NCBI GenBank assembly: GCA_023244895.1
Contig: JAHFLL010000001.1
Span: forward strand, 745,802-809,801
Direction of reading: 5' to 3'
Origin: Candidatus Liptonbacteria bacterium
GTDB taxonomy: Bacteria; Patescibacteriota; Minisyncoccia; UBA6257; 2-01-FULL-56-20
Length of the DNA: 64,000 nucleotides
Part shown: positions 55,918-64,000 of the stretch, in pieces
Layout: each line of letters opens with the position of its first letter
Position numbering within the stretch: the first letter of the stretch is position 1
Notes under the pieces: model-generated
Databases searched by the model: none
Seen by the model: the letters and a program-made list of their open reading frames with translations, nothing else
Told to the model about the DNA's origin: nothing
Position numbers and translations under genes: made by a program

Positions 55918-57211
55918 GTTGCAGGTCTGATTTTATTTTGCCTGCCAGAACCATAGAAGACTCTTCTTCGCCCTGCACCACAAATACCTTTTTTACCGAA
56001 CTACGCATATGGCCCAACCATTCTAAGAGACGAGGCTGGTCGGCGTGGGCGGAATAGGCCGAAATACTCCTTTTCTCGCAACGTACCGGAACGTCTTCTC
56101 CATGTATCCTAACCTCTTGCGCACCATCTATTATTCTCCTGCCTAAAGTGTTTTTGGCTTGATAGCCCACAAACAAAATCATACTGTTCGGATCGGGCAG
56201 GTAGCGTATCTCGTGATGCAATATCCGTCCGCCGTTCGACATGCCCGACCCGGCAATAATTATTTTAGGGTTAGGCACGTGGTTTATTTCTTTGGACTGC
56301 TCGGTAGTGAGGGTCATGTGCAGTCCCGGAAAGTTAAAGATATCGTCTCCGGACTTTATGATCTCATTGTCAAAATAGTCCTCAAACTTTTTGTACACCT
56401 CCGTTAATTTTATGGCTAAGGGGCTGTCTATATAGACCGGCACGTGCGGTATTTTTTTGCTCTCCACTAAACGATTGATATGAAAAAGAAGGTCCTGAGT
56501 GCGCTCCATCGCGAAAGCAGGAATAATAAGCGCGCCACCCGTCTTTATAACCCTCTCAATCGCCCCCTCCAACTCCTGCTCCCTACGCTCGGTTGGCTCA
56601 TGGACGCGGTCACCATAAGTGGACTCTATTAAAACAAAGTCTGCCGAGGCGAGCATTTCCGTGTCCTGAATTATCGGGGCGGGAAAGTTGCCGAGGTCGC
56701 CGGAGAAAACAATGCTTTTGCCCTCCGCTTCTATTCTGTAACACGCCGAACCAAGAATGTGCCCGGCATTATAGGGCGTAACTTTGACATCGCCAATGCC
56801 GGTTGTCTCGTGATATTTAATATTGTGCCAAACCGACATCGCACCCTCCACATCAGCAGTTTCATATAAACTCGGGTAGCCCTCCTGCGCCGCTTCTTTT
56901 TGAAGAACATGCTCAGAATCCAATAGGAGATATTCACTGGAGTCCTTGGTGGGCGCGGTGGAATATATTTTTCCCCGAAAACCGTCCTTCCAAAGTTTGG
57001 GGATACGACCGGTGTGGTCAATATGGGCGTGAGTTACGAAAAGAGCGTCTATCTCGGTTGGGTCATAGGGAAATGGCTCAAAATTTTGGAGTTCCGCAAA
57101 TCTGCTACCCTGGGCCATTCCGCAATCTATTAATATTTTTTTACCACCCGCCTCCAATAAATAGTTCGCGCCCGTCACTTCTCCCGCTCCTCCGCAAAAA
57201 GTTAATTTCAT
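55874..57211 (-). CDS. MBL-fold beta-CASP metallo-hydrolase (RNA-metabolising, RNase J/CPSF-like)
   Basis: It has the HxHxDH motif FVTHAHIDHTG and is 445 aa with beta-CASP architecture. It is the second beta-CASP protein in the window. Confidence 0.65.
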   Translation of the reverse strand: MKLTFCGGAGEVTGANYLLEAGGKKILIDCGMAQGSRFAELQNFEPFPYDPTEIDALFVTHAHIDHTGRIPKLWKDGFRGKIYSTAPTKDSSEYLLLDSEHVLQKEAAQEGYPSLYETADVEGAMSVWHNIKYHETTGIGDVKVTPYNAGHILGSACYRIEAEGKSIVFSGDLGNFPAPIIQDTEMLASADFVLIESTYGDRVHEPTERREQELEGAIERVIKTGGALIIPAFAMERTQDLLFHINRLVESKKIPHVPVYIDSPLAIKLTEVYKKFEDYFDNEIIKSGDDIFNFPGLHMTLTTEQSKEINHVPNPKIIIAGSGMSNGGRILHHEIRYLPDPNSMILFVGYQAKNTLGRRIIDGAQEVRIHGEDVPVRCEKRSISAYSAHADQPRLLEWLGHMRSSVKKVFVVQGEEESSMVLAGKIKSDLQLETVVPKSGESVVL

Positions 57212-57322
57212 TCATTTGATTATAACAGTAAGCGGACAAAGCAGAAATGATTGACACAAAACAATTTTTGACGCATAAAAAAGATAGCAATTCGGCAACG
57301 GCCTTTCTTTTGGGGGGTAGGC

Positions 57323-57616
57323 ATGAATGGACTGGTACTTCACTCTAAAGTCGTGCGCCACCCCAAATCCGACCGGATAACGGGGGTGGAGGTAAGCGAC
57401 GGAGAGACGACGCTCTGTTTCTATCGTCGCATAAAACCGGACCCGAACAAGTTACCGGTAGTGTGCGGTTCGCCCCCAGACGCGCCCTGGCAAGAATCAC
57501 GAAAGAGACTTCCCGGCTGGCAGTTCTATGCCTTTGCGGAAGAGGCGATGAAGCGGTTCGGCATTGAACCGCCCCATGGATATACCGGACGACAGAGAGG
57601 CAGGAGGTGGAGATGA
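57323..57616 (+). CDS. Hypothetical protein (GC-rich island G)
   Basis: It is GC-rich with a GGGGGGTAGGC-ATG RBS and is 97 aa. The confidence is low. Confidence 0.3.
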   Translation: MNGLVLHSKVVRHPKSDRITGVEVSDGETTLCFYRRIKPDPNKLPVVCGSPPDAPWQESRKRLPGWQFYAFAEEAMKRFGIEPPHGYTGRQRGRRWR

Positions 57617-57816
57617 TTCCGAAGGCCACGCCCGTGAACATCGCTATGCTCGGCTGGATACTTTCGGGCGTGGGCTGTCTGACGACCGCGGTTTGCGCCT
57701 ACTCCCAAGACCGCGCTCTCCAGGACAGGGCGAACGCGCTCATCCTCTTCGGACTGGCCCTGGTCGCGACGGCCATTTTCCGAGCGTTTAAGCAGGGCAA
57801 GACAAAGCGAGAATAA
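57607..57816 (+). CDS. Small two-TM membrane protein (GC-rich island G)
   Basis: A GGAGGTGGAG-ATG start overlaps the upstream stop, which suggests coupling. It has two hydrophobic helices and is followed by hairpin 57817-57840. Confidence 0.3.
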   Translation: MEMIPKATPVNIAMLGWILSGVGCLTTAVCAYSQDRALQDRANALILFGLALVATAIFRAFKQGKTKRE

Positions 57817-57848
57817 GGACGGACCAGAGCTGGTCCGTCCTTCGCACA

Positions 57849-59153
57849 TCAAAGACCCATTGCCTCTTCTACAATCCTTCTATCACTCCAGGGAATCTTC
57901 TTACCACCCGCAACGCACATCCAAACCTCTCCACCCTTGCCACTTATAACCACTACGTCCCCAGAGGCGGCCCCTTGGACTGCCATTTTAATCGCTTCCG
58001 CCCGATCTATTATTTTTTTGGTCTTGGCGCGCTGTTTCTCTGGAATACTATTTTCAATATCGTTCACTATTCTTTCTGGATTATCATCATAGGGATCTTC
58101 GTTGGTTAAAATCAATTCATCGCAAACACCGGCCGCAATCTTTCCCATCTCGCCCCGCTTCCATTCGTCCCTGCCTCCGCCCTGCGCGCCAAGAATGCCA
58201 ATTATGCGCTTGGGTGAAAGTAATTTAACCGCATCATAGAGGGCCTGCAGGCTGGCTGGTTCGTGGGCGTAATCCACCACCACCCGCACACCCTTACTCT
58301 CCAAAACTTCAAATCTGCCCGGAACAGGCTTGGCGCTTAGCAGTGTTTGAGCGATAGTGCCAGGCGATATTTTTTGAGAAAGCGCCACGCACACCGCCGC
58401 CGCAGAATTTAAAACGTTAAACTTACCTACCAGCGGTACTTCGTATTTATTCCCTCCCATAGAGAAAGATGATTTACTCGCAGAAAGGCTTATGCCTGAG
58501 ATTTGGTACTGATTGGCTTCCGGCAAATTGGGGTTGGGGAGAGCAGCGGTTATGCCGTAGCCGTAGCGGTAGCGCACGTCCGGCACAAAAAACATTTCCA
58601 CATTCTCGTCATCCAAATTATATACGCCCACTCCGTCGTTTTTCCGGGCAATTTGCTCAAAAAGTTTTATCTTGGCCGCGCGATAATTCTCAAACCCGCC
58701 ATGCCGTTCAATATGTTCCGGGGAAAGGTTTGTAAAAACGGCAATGCGGTAGTCAATGAAACGCTGGCGATGTTGCAATATTCCTTCCGAAGAAGTTTCT
58801 ATGACCGCGTATCTACAGTTCGCGCCCACCATCTTGCGCATTAAGCCCTGAAGAGCGAAGCGACCCAACATGGTTTGCTTGGTGTCGTTCACCCACTCCT
58901 TATCGTCTATTCTAAAATTTACCGTGGTTGCTAGACCGACTTTATATCCCGCCCCGGCGAGTATTTGAGCGATCAAATTACAGGTGGTGGTCTTGCCCTT
59001 AGTGCCCGTAACGCCTATCACAATCATCCTGCGTGATGGAAAGCCGTAAAAAGCCGCTCCCAGCCAAGCCAGAGAAAGATGGTATAGGGACAAAAGACGA
59101 GGCGAGTTATATAACCAGTTAAAACCTGGTATTTTTTTAAGGATAGAGGGCAT
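57849..59153 (-). CDS. Mur ligase family protein (MurE/MurF-like P-loop; N-terminal domain replaced by a short hydrophobic segment)
   Basis: It has the P-loop VIGVTGTKGKTTT, middle and C-terminal Mur ligase domains, and only about 45 aa before the P-loop, including a hydrophobic stretch LLSLYHLSLAWLGAAFYGF. Confidence 0.55.
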   Translation of the reverse strand: MPSILKKIPGFNWLYNSPRLLSLYHLSLAWLGAAFYGFPSRRMIVIGVTGTKGKTTTCNLIAQILAGAGYKVGLATTVNFRIDDKEWVNDTKQTMLGRFALQGLMRKMVGANCRYAVIETSSEGILQHRQRFIDYRIAVFTNLSPEHIERHGGFENYRAAKIKLFEQIARKNDGVGVYNLDDENVEMFFVPDVRYRYGYGITAALPNPNLPEANQYQISGISLSASKSSFSMGGNKYEVPLVGKFNVLNSAAAVCVALSQKISPGTIAQTLLSAKPVPGRFEVLESKGVRVVVDYAHEPASLQALYDAVKLLSPKRIIGILGAQGGGRDEWKRGEMGKIAAGVCDELILTNEDPYDDNPERIVNDIENSIPEKQRAKTKKIIDRAEAIKMAVQGAASGDVVVISGKGGEVWMCVAGGKKIPWSDRRIVEEAMGL

Positions 59154-59728
59154 TATTTTCCGCTTAATATTTTGAACGCCGCCTTAAGCCTGTCTTCTAG
59201 TCCGGATGTTTCTTTGCCCACCTTCTCTAATGCCGCTTTGGCCTGCTCGCGGCGATAACCCAGACTAACTAAGGTTTCAATAAGATCGGAGTCTGCGTCC
59301 ATTCTGCGCACGCTCGCGTTCGCTCCGGTGGTTGCAACTTTATTGCGCAAGTCTAATATTATCCTCTCCGCGGTCTTGCGCCCAATGCCCGACGCCTGAG
59401 TTAAGAGATCGGGACGCCCCTCCTGGATGGCCGCAGTTAAGCCCTGCAGATCGGATATGTCCATTATAGAAAGAGCCGATTTTGGGCCTACGCCGGAGAC
59501 AGATATGAGCTGTTCGAATAGGTCTAGTTCTGGTTCGGTTAAAAACCCATATAAATCCATGGAGTCCTCCCGAACATGGAAGTGGCAGAATAAAAAAGCC
59601 TCCTCGCCCACCCGGAGCGTGGCGAGTGCTCGCGCATGGCTAAAAACCTTATAGCCCAATCCACCTGTTTCCATGACCGCAAATTGGCCTATTTTGGCGG
59701 AAACCATGCCCCGCACGGAATAAATCAT
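59153..59728 (-). CDS. ruvA: Holliday junction branch migration protein RuvA
   Basis: It has an OB-fold N-terminus, an HhH pair (VSGVGPKSALSIM) and a C-terminal domain III. Confidence 0.8.
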   Translation of the reverse strand: MIYSVRGMVSAKIGQFAVMETGGLGYKVFSHARALATLRVGEEAFLFCHFHVREDSMDLYGFLTEPELDLFEQLISVSGVGPKSALSIMDISDLQGLTAAIQEGRPDLLTQASGIGRKTAERIILDLRNKVATTGANASVRRMDADSDLIETLVSLGYRREQAKAALEKVGKETSGLEDRLKAAFKILSGK

Positions 59729-59861
59729 AAAGTCATTATATCCCTTACGGGGCAGAATTAGAATAAAGAATCAGATGGGGAGCATCTTGATTTTATAAAC
59801 AGTTGCTGGTATTATATTCTCCGTCCTAATTCTTAATTCACAATTCATAATTCTCTAAGAG

Positions 59862-60125
59862 ATGCCTATCACCAAATCAGCTAAGAAGGCCTTGCGCCAA
59901 AATGTTACCCGCCACGCGCGCAACACTAAGCACCGCAAGACCATGAAAGACACCATAAAGACCTACCGCAAGTTGGTCTCTCAAAAGAAGGTGGAAGAGG
60001 CCCAAAAGATGTTGCCCCGAGTCTTCCAACTGCTGGATAAAACTGTTAAAACCGGCGTCATCAAGAAAAACGCCGCCAATCGCTTAAAGTCTAGACTGTC
60101 TAAGAAAGTCTCTGTGAAGAAATAA
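59862..60125 (+). CDS. rpsT: 30S ribosomal protein S20
   Basis: It reads MPITKSAKKALRQNVTRHARNTKHRKTMKD..., which is canonical S20. Confidence 0.85.
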   Translation: MPITKSAKKALRQNVTRHARNTKHRKTMKDTIKTYRKLVSQKKVEEAQKMLPRVFQLLDKTVKTGVIKKNAANRLKSRLSKKVSVKK

Positions 60126-60130
60126 TCAAA

Positions 60131-60157
60131 ACCCCCGCCAGAGCGGGGGTTTTGATT
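60131..60157. terminator. Bidirectional rho-independent terminator after rpsT
   Basis: The hairpin AAAACCCCCGC-CAGA-GCGGGGGTTTT is followed by GATTT. Confidence 0.65.
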
Positions 60158-60955
60158 TCAGGACAATACCATATCTAGCAGTACTTCTTCGTACTCACAC
60201 TTGCCCGACTTAACCGCTAAGTCGTATTTAGCCATAATCTCCGCACGATCGTACCACTGCGCAGAAATGATGTTGAATATTTTGGCAGCTGGCTCGTTAC
60301 TTAAGAAAAGTTGCTCTAAGGCTCGTAAGCGTATTTTTACGTCCGAACTTTTAAGAGCCATAAGGGTTGGGAAAAAATCCGGCAGAGTTTCCAGCCCAAG
60401 CCTTTCCAAGTCCGACTTATTAATCTCTTTCTTGCCTATAAGAGAGATCTTATCCAGCTCCGTAGTTAATCTCCAAGAATCCCCCTCGTAAACTTCCTCC
60501 AGAAATTCCACCGCCTCGGGAGTTGCTTGCACCTTACGAACCGCAATCTCCCGCTTGACGAACTTGCTCCAGTCCGCGCCTTTAAGCTTGTCAAATTTCT
60601 GCTCTAAAACCTCTTTGTTCTTCTCACCTTTTTGACGTAGAAAAGTCCAAGGAGAGAGAGGCGCCTCATTCTCCGATAAAATTATAAATATGGTCTTGGA
60701 TTTCTGAGCTTGCTTAACCGCCCCTACCAGATTTTTATCTTTGCTTTGGTTGATAGCGGAGACTAGAGCTAATTTGTATGGCTCAAAAATAGATTGGCTA
60801 ACCAAAAAATCCGCCAGCGCGGAATCCTCCCCGGGCTCGTCTAAGCTAAACCTACGAATTCCCAGATTGGAATGTTTCTTGGAAAAGTCCGCGATTAACT
60901 CGCGCTCTTTCTCCCGCCTACGATAGTCATCCGCTCCCCAGAGTAAAATGGTCAT
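60158..60955 (-). CDS. Hypothetical protein, possibly a DNA polymerase III delta subunit (HolA-like, reduced)
   Basis: The N-terminus MTILLWGADDYRRRE resembles the HolA start (LLYGEEEYL...). The helical C-terminal half and the 265 aa length are compatible with a reduced HolA. Confidence 0.35.
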   Translation of the reverse strand: MTILLWGADDYRRREKERELIADFSKKHSNLGIRRFSLDEPGEDSALADFLVSQSIFEPYKLALVSAINQSKDKNLVGAVKQAQKSKTIFIILSENEAPLSPWTFLRQKGEKNKEVLEQKFDKLKGADWSKFVKREIAVRKVQATPEAVEFLEEVYEGDSWRLTTELDKISLIGKKEINKSDLERLGLETLPDFFPTLMALKSSDVKIRLRALEQLFLSNEPAAKIFNIISAQWYDRAEIMAKYDLAVKSGKCEYEEVLLDMVLS

Positions 60956-61018
60956 AGGTCATTTACCTCCACCCCAATCGAGAATATCTCCAATCAATTG
61001 GCTTAGGGGGCGTGCTCA

Positions 61019-62758
61019 CTATTTGCTCTTCTTAACTGTGGTTCGTGCCTCTTTTTTGCTCCCGTTTTTTGGCTTTGAGACTGGCTGCTTCCTCGCAATC
61101 TTCACCTTTTGATCTTCCTCTCCGTAAGCGGTATTGTTTACCGCTCTTAAAAACTCCACGAATAGTGGATGGGGACGCAGGGGTCGCGACTTTAGTTCGG
61201 GATGAAACTGGGTACCCAAAAAGAAAGGATGCTTGTCGCGGGGCAGCTCTGCCACCTCCATTAACTTACGGTTAGGAGAAATTCCAGAAAACACCAGGCC
61301 CGCTTTTTCTAGTTGAGCGATAAATTCCGGATTAACCTCATAACGATGACGATGTCGTTCTGAGATGGAAAGCGTGCCATAAGCATGAGCCACAATGGTG
61401 CCCTTTTTAAGTTGGGCGGGGTAAGCACCCAGGCGCATAGTCGCGCCGTAGTCTTTATTCACCAGGTTTTTCTTCTGCTCCGGCATAATATCTATGACCG
61501 GATGCTTGGTTTTGGGATCTACCTCGGTCGTATGCGCGTCTTGCCAGCCCAAAATATCTCGCGCGTATTCCACGGTCGCAATCTGCATGCCGTAGCAAAG
61601 ACCAAAGTAAGGGATTTGGTGCTCGCGGCAGTAACGCGCCACTCGAATCTTGCCCTCTACCCCTCTTTTCCCAAACCCACCCGGGACAATTATGCCATCA
61701 TAACGAGCTAGATCGCGCACGCGCCGAGGGTCTTTCTCAAACTCTTCCGCGTTTAACCAAGTTATTTCGGGCTTAACTTTTATTTTCGCCCCAGCGTGCT
61801 TGATGGCCTCAATCACGGAAATATAAGAGTCTTCCAGCATAAAACTACCGCTATCAAAGTATTTACCCACGATACCGATCTTCACTACTTTTTCGGAATC
61901 ATTGATTGCGGCCACCATTTGTCTCCACTCTCTAAGGTCGGTCGCCTTGGGCTTTATGTCCAGTTTGTGTAATATTCTATCGCTCAGTTTTACCTTCTCA
62001 AAATTTAAAGCCACCTCATACACGCTCCTCGCGTTGGGCGCGGAGATGACGTCGTCTTTAGAGGCCAAACCACAGACAAAAGCTATTTTCTCCCTCCTCT
62101 TCTCATCCAGCGCAATTGGCGCGCGGCCAAAAATTAAATCTGCTTGCAAGCCGCCTGCGTTCAAGGTGCGAGCCGCGTATTGGGTCGGTTTGGTTTTAAG
62201 CTCCGTTCCGCCCGCAGTGAGAGATGGCACCAAGCTAACCAGTATTAAAAGAACATCTTTAGGTCTTTTTATTTTTAAGATCCTAACCGCTTCCAGAAAA
62301 AGAATGTTTTGATACTCCCCCGCGGTCCCGCCAATTTCTACGATAACTACGTCTGCCCTGCTTTTTTTCTCGGCTGCCTGTATGCGCCGAATAACTTCTA
62401 GCGGAATGTCCGGCACAACCTCCACGCACCTGCCGTTATAGCCCAAGTTTCTTTCCCTATTAATTACGCTCAAATATATACTCCCCGTAGTCATGTAGTT
62501 GTCCCGGGATAGATCCTGATCCAAGAACCTCTCATAGTTACCCATGTCCTGGTCGCACTCCGTGCCATCATCCAGCACAAAAGTTTCGCCGTGCTCGGTA
62601 GGATTCATGGTGCCGGCATCTACGTTCACATAGGGATCTATTTTTATAGCAGTAACCCGCAAGCCCCGCGCTTGCAGTATCTTGCCGATGGAAGCGGAGG
62701 TTATGCCCTTACCTACGCCCGAGATAACTCCCCCAACTACGAAAATATATTTGGCCAT
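61019..62758 (-). CDS. pyrG: CTP synthase with a Lys-rich C-terminal tail
   Basis: It begins MAKYIFVVGGVISGVGKGITSASIGKIL, has a glutamine amidotransferase domain, and ends with the tail KQPVSKPKNGSKKEARTTVKKSK. Confidence 0.9.
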   Translation of the reverse strand: MAKYIFVVGGVISGVGKGITSASIGKILQARGLRVTAIKIDPYVNVDAGTMNPTEHGETFVLDDGTECDQDMGNYERFLDQDLSRDNYMTTGSIYLSVINRERNLGYNGRCVEVVPDIPLEVIRRIQAAEKKSRADVVIVEIGGTAGEYQNILFLEAVRILKIKRPKDVLLILVSLVPSLTAGGTELKTKPTQYAARTLNAGGLQADLIFGRAPIALDEKRREKIAFVCGLASKDDVISAPNARSVYEVALNFEKVKLSDRILHKLDIKPKATDLREWRQMVAAINDSEKVVKIGIVGKYFDSGSFMLEDSYISVIEAIKHAGAKIKVKPEITWLNAEEFEKDPRRVRDLARYDGIIVPGGFGKRGVEGKIRVARYCREHQIPYFGLCYGMQIATVEYARDILGWQDAHTTEVDPKTKHPVIDIMPEQKKNLVNKDYGATMRLGAYPAQLKKGTIVAHAYGTLSISERHRHRYEVNPEFIAQLEKAGLVFSGISPNRKLMEVAELPRDKHPFFLGTQFHPELKSRPLRPHPLFVEFLRAVNNTAYGEEDQKVKIARKQPVSKPKNGSKKEARTTVKKSK

Positions 62759-62865
62759 ACTGGTTTAATTTGCAATTGCTCTAATTATTCTAATCTCTAA
62801 AAGTTCCCAACTCCTTAGGCTTAGATCTGTTAGGAATTAGGTTAATTAGATCAATTTCGACATCC

Positions 62866-63975
62866 CTATTCTAACGCCATCTCCTGGGTTGGGACAAGGG
62901 TTGAGTCGGTCGGCAGGGTAAGGTGGAATGTGGAGCCTCTGCCCGGCTGAGATTCGGCCCACATCTGCCCCCCATGGGCCCGCACGATATTGCGGGCGAT
63001 ATAAAGCCCCAGTCCGGAACCATCCGCCTGGAACTTTACCGCGTTTTCAGCCCGGAAAAACTTACTAAAAAGCTTGTCCATCTGCTCCTGGGGCACGCCA
63101 ATACCAGTATCCTTCACGCTCACGTCTACAAAGGGTCCTTGGGGTGTCTTTTTTATGCTGACGACGATCTCTCCGTTTTGCACATTATACCGAACCGCAT
63201 TATCAAGCAGATTAGAAAGCACCATAGATATTTTTTGAGGATCTATGGAGATAGAGGGTAAGGGGTCGGAGGGACGATCAAAATATATTTTTAACCCCGC
63301 CTTCTCTATCTGAGGCATCGCCTCCGACAAAATTTGCCCCACATAATCCACAATATCCATAGGTTGGAAGTTATATCCGAATCGCCCCTCCTCAATGCGA
63401 GAAGCGTTCAGGAGGTCTTCCACTATGTTTTTCATCTTACGCGCGGAGGTTAGCGCGTTTTTGGCTATATCCTGATTGGAAGCATCCAAGCCCTGGTCCT
63501 GAGCAATGGTTTCCATGGCCCAGTTGAGTTCGGTAATGGGGGTGCGCAACTGGTGGGAAGCGACCGCGATAAATTCGCTTTTGGATTTTATTAGCGTCAC
63601 TTCGCGAGTACGATCGTGGATGATTTTCATGAACCCCAGGATTTGTCCGTTCTCGTCCGCCATGGGCGCGGTCGCGACCCTAAGCTCGCAAGCTGGGTCC
63701 GCGAAAGACAAGTCCGCTATTTGGGGATACTCTCCCGCCTTTGAGCGCAGGGCAAGACTGGGCGCGAGAGACGGAAATATTACTTGCGCCAGCAATTGGA
63801 GGGATTTATTTTCTACGTCTTGCGGTTGCAAAACATGCCCAATCATCTCTTCGGTTTTAAGTCCAAATAAAGATTCCGCGGCGCGGTTAAAAAATGTAAT
63901 ACGAAAATTTTGGTCGTAAGCTATCAATCCATCCTGCAGACCACCCACAATACTTTTAAGCTCACTGCGCTCCAT
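62866..63975 (-). CDS. Sensor histidine kinase (PAS-HisKA-HATPase_c), cytoplasmic
   Basis: It has an N-terminal PAS domain, an H-box ASHQLRTPITELNW, and N, G1 and G2 boxes (DTGIGVPQEQ, GSGLGLYI). No response regulator gene lies within the window. Confidence 0.7.
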   Translation of the reverse strand: MERSELKSIVGGLQDGLIAYDQNFRITFFNRAAESLFGLKTEEMIGHVLQPQDVENKSLQLLAQVIFPSLAPSLALRSKAGEYPQIADLSFADPACELRVATAPMADENGQILGFMKIIHDRTREVTLIKSKSEFIAVASHQLRTPITELNWAMETIAQDQGLDASNQDIAKNALTSARKMKNIVEDLLNASRIEEGRFGYNFQPMDIVDYVGQILSEAMPQIEKAGLKIYFDRPSDPLPSISIDPQKISMVLSNLLDNAVRYNVQNGEIVVSIKKTPQGPFVDVSVKDTGIGVPQEQMDKLFSKFFRAENAVKFQADGSGLGLYIARNIVRAHGGQMWAESQPGRGSTFHLTLPTDSTLVPTQEMALE

Positions 63976-64000
63976 CTTGGTCTTGTAATTGACCTTACCC

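Overview
This 64 kb window appears to come from a low-GC (about 45 %) bacterium with a streamlined genome. It has a dense, mostly co-directional backbone of housekeeping genes, and the gene content (RNase Y, archaeal-type PGI/PMI, type-2 IleRS, weak or absent Shine-Dalgarno sequences, lysine-rich protein tails) is consistent with a CPR/Patescibacteria-like organism; that placement is an inference. The housekeeping genes identified are tkt-N (partial), gmd, rny, gpmI, secG, pgi/pmi, rnj, trpS, ileS, argS, smpB, the infC-rpmI-rplT operon, ruvA, rpsT, pyrG, tRNA-Leu(CAG), tRNA-Arg(CCG) and tmRNA. Five things stand out. (1) The first 15 kb is a single minus-strand glycan locus for GDP-6-deoxy and 3,6-dideoxy hexoses: Gmd, a ColD/E1-type His-variant PLP 3-dehydratase, three Fcl/ColC-like reductases, GmhA, three paralogous CgeB-like glycosyltransferases and an O-antigen-ligase-like membrane protein. 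(2) The isoleucyl-tRNA synthetase carries a complete histidine-phosphatase (phosphoglycerate-mutase-like) domain inserted inside its Zn-knuckle loop. (3) At least seven short GC-rich islands (about 60-65 % GC, 0.5-1.6 kb) interrupt the backbone, each with one or two genes that have canonical GGAGG ribosome-binding sites and their own terminators. These encode a ClpP-like peptidase, two paralogous secreted beta-rich proteins, IMPase and Nudix enzymes, and a roughly 570 bp ORF-free structured region. (4) tRNA-Arg(CCG) is nested between two tRNA halves that pair with each other and are bridged by an 11 bp inverted repeat. (5) Several families of short intergenic repeats and palindromes recur. No CRISPR array, integrase or transposase was seen.
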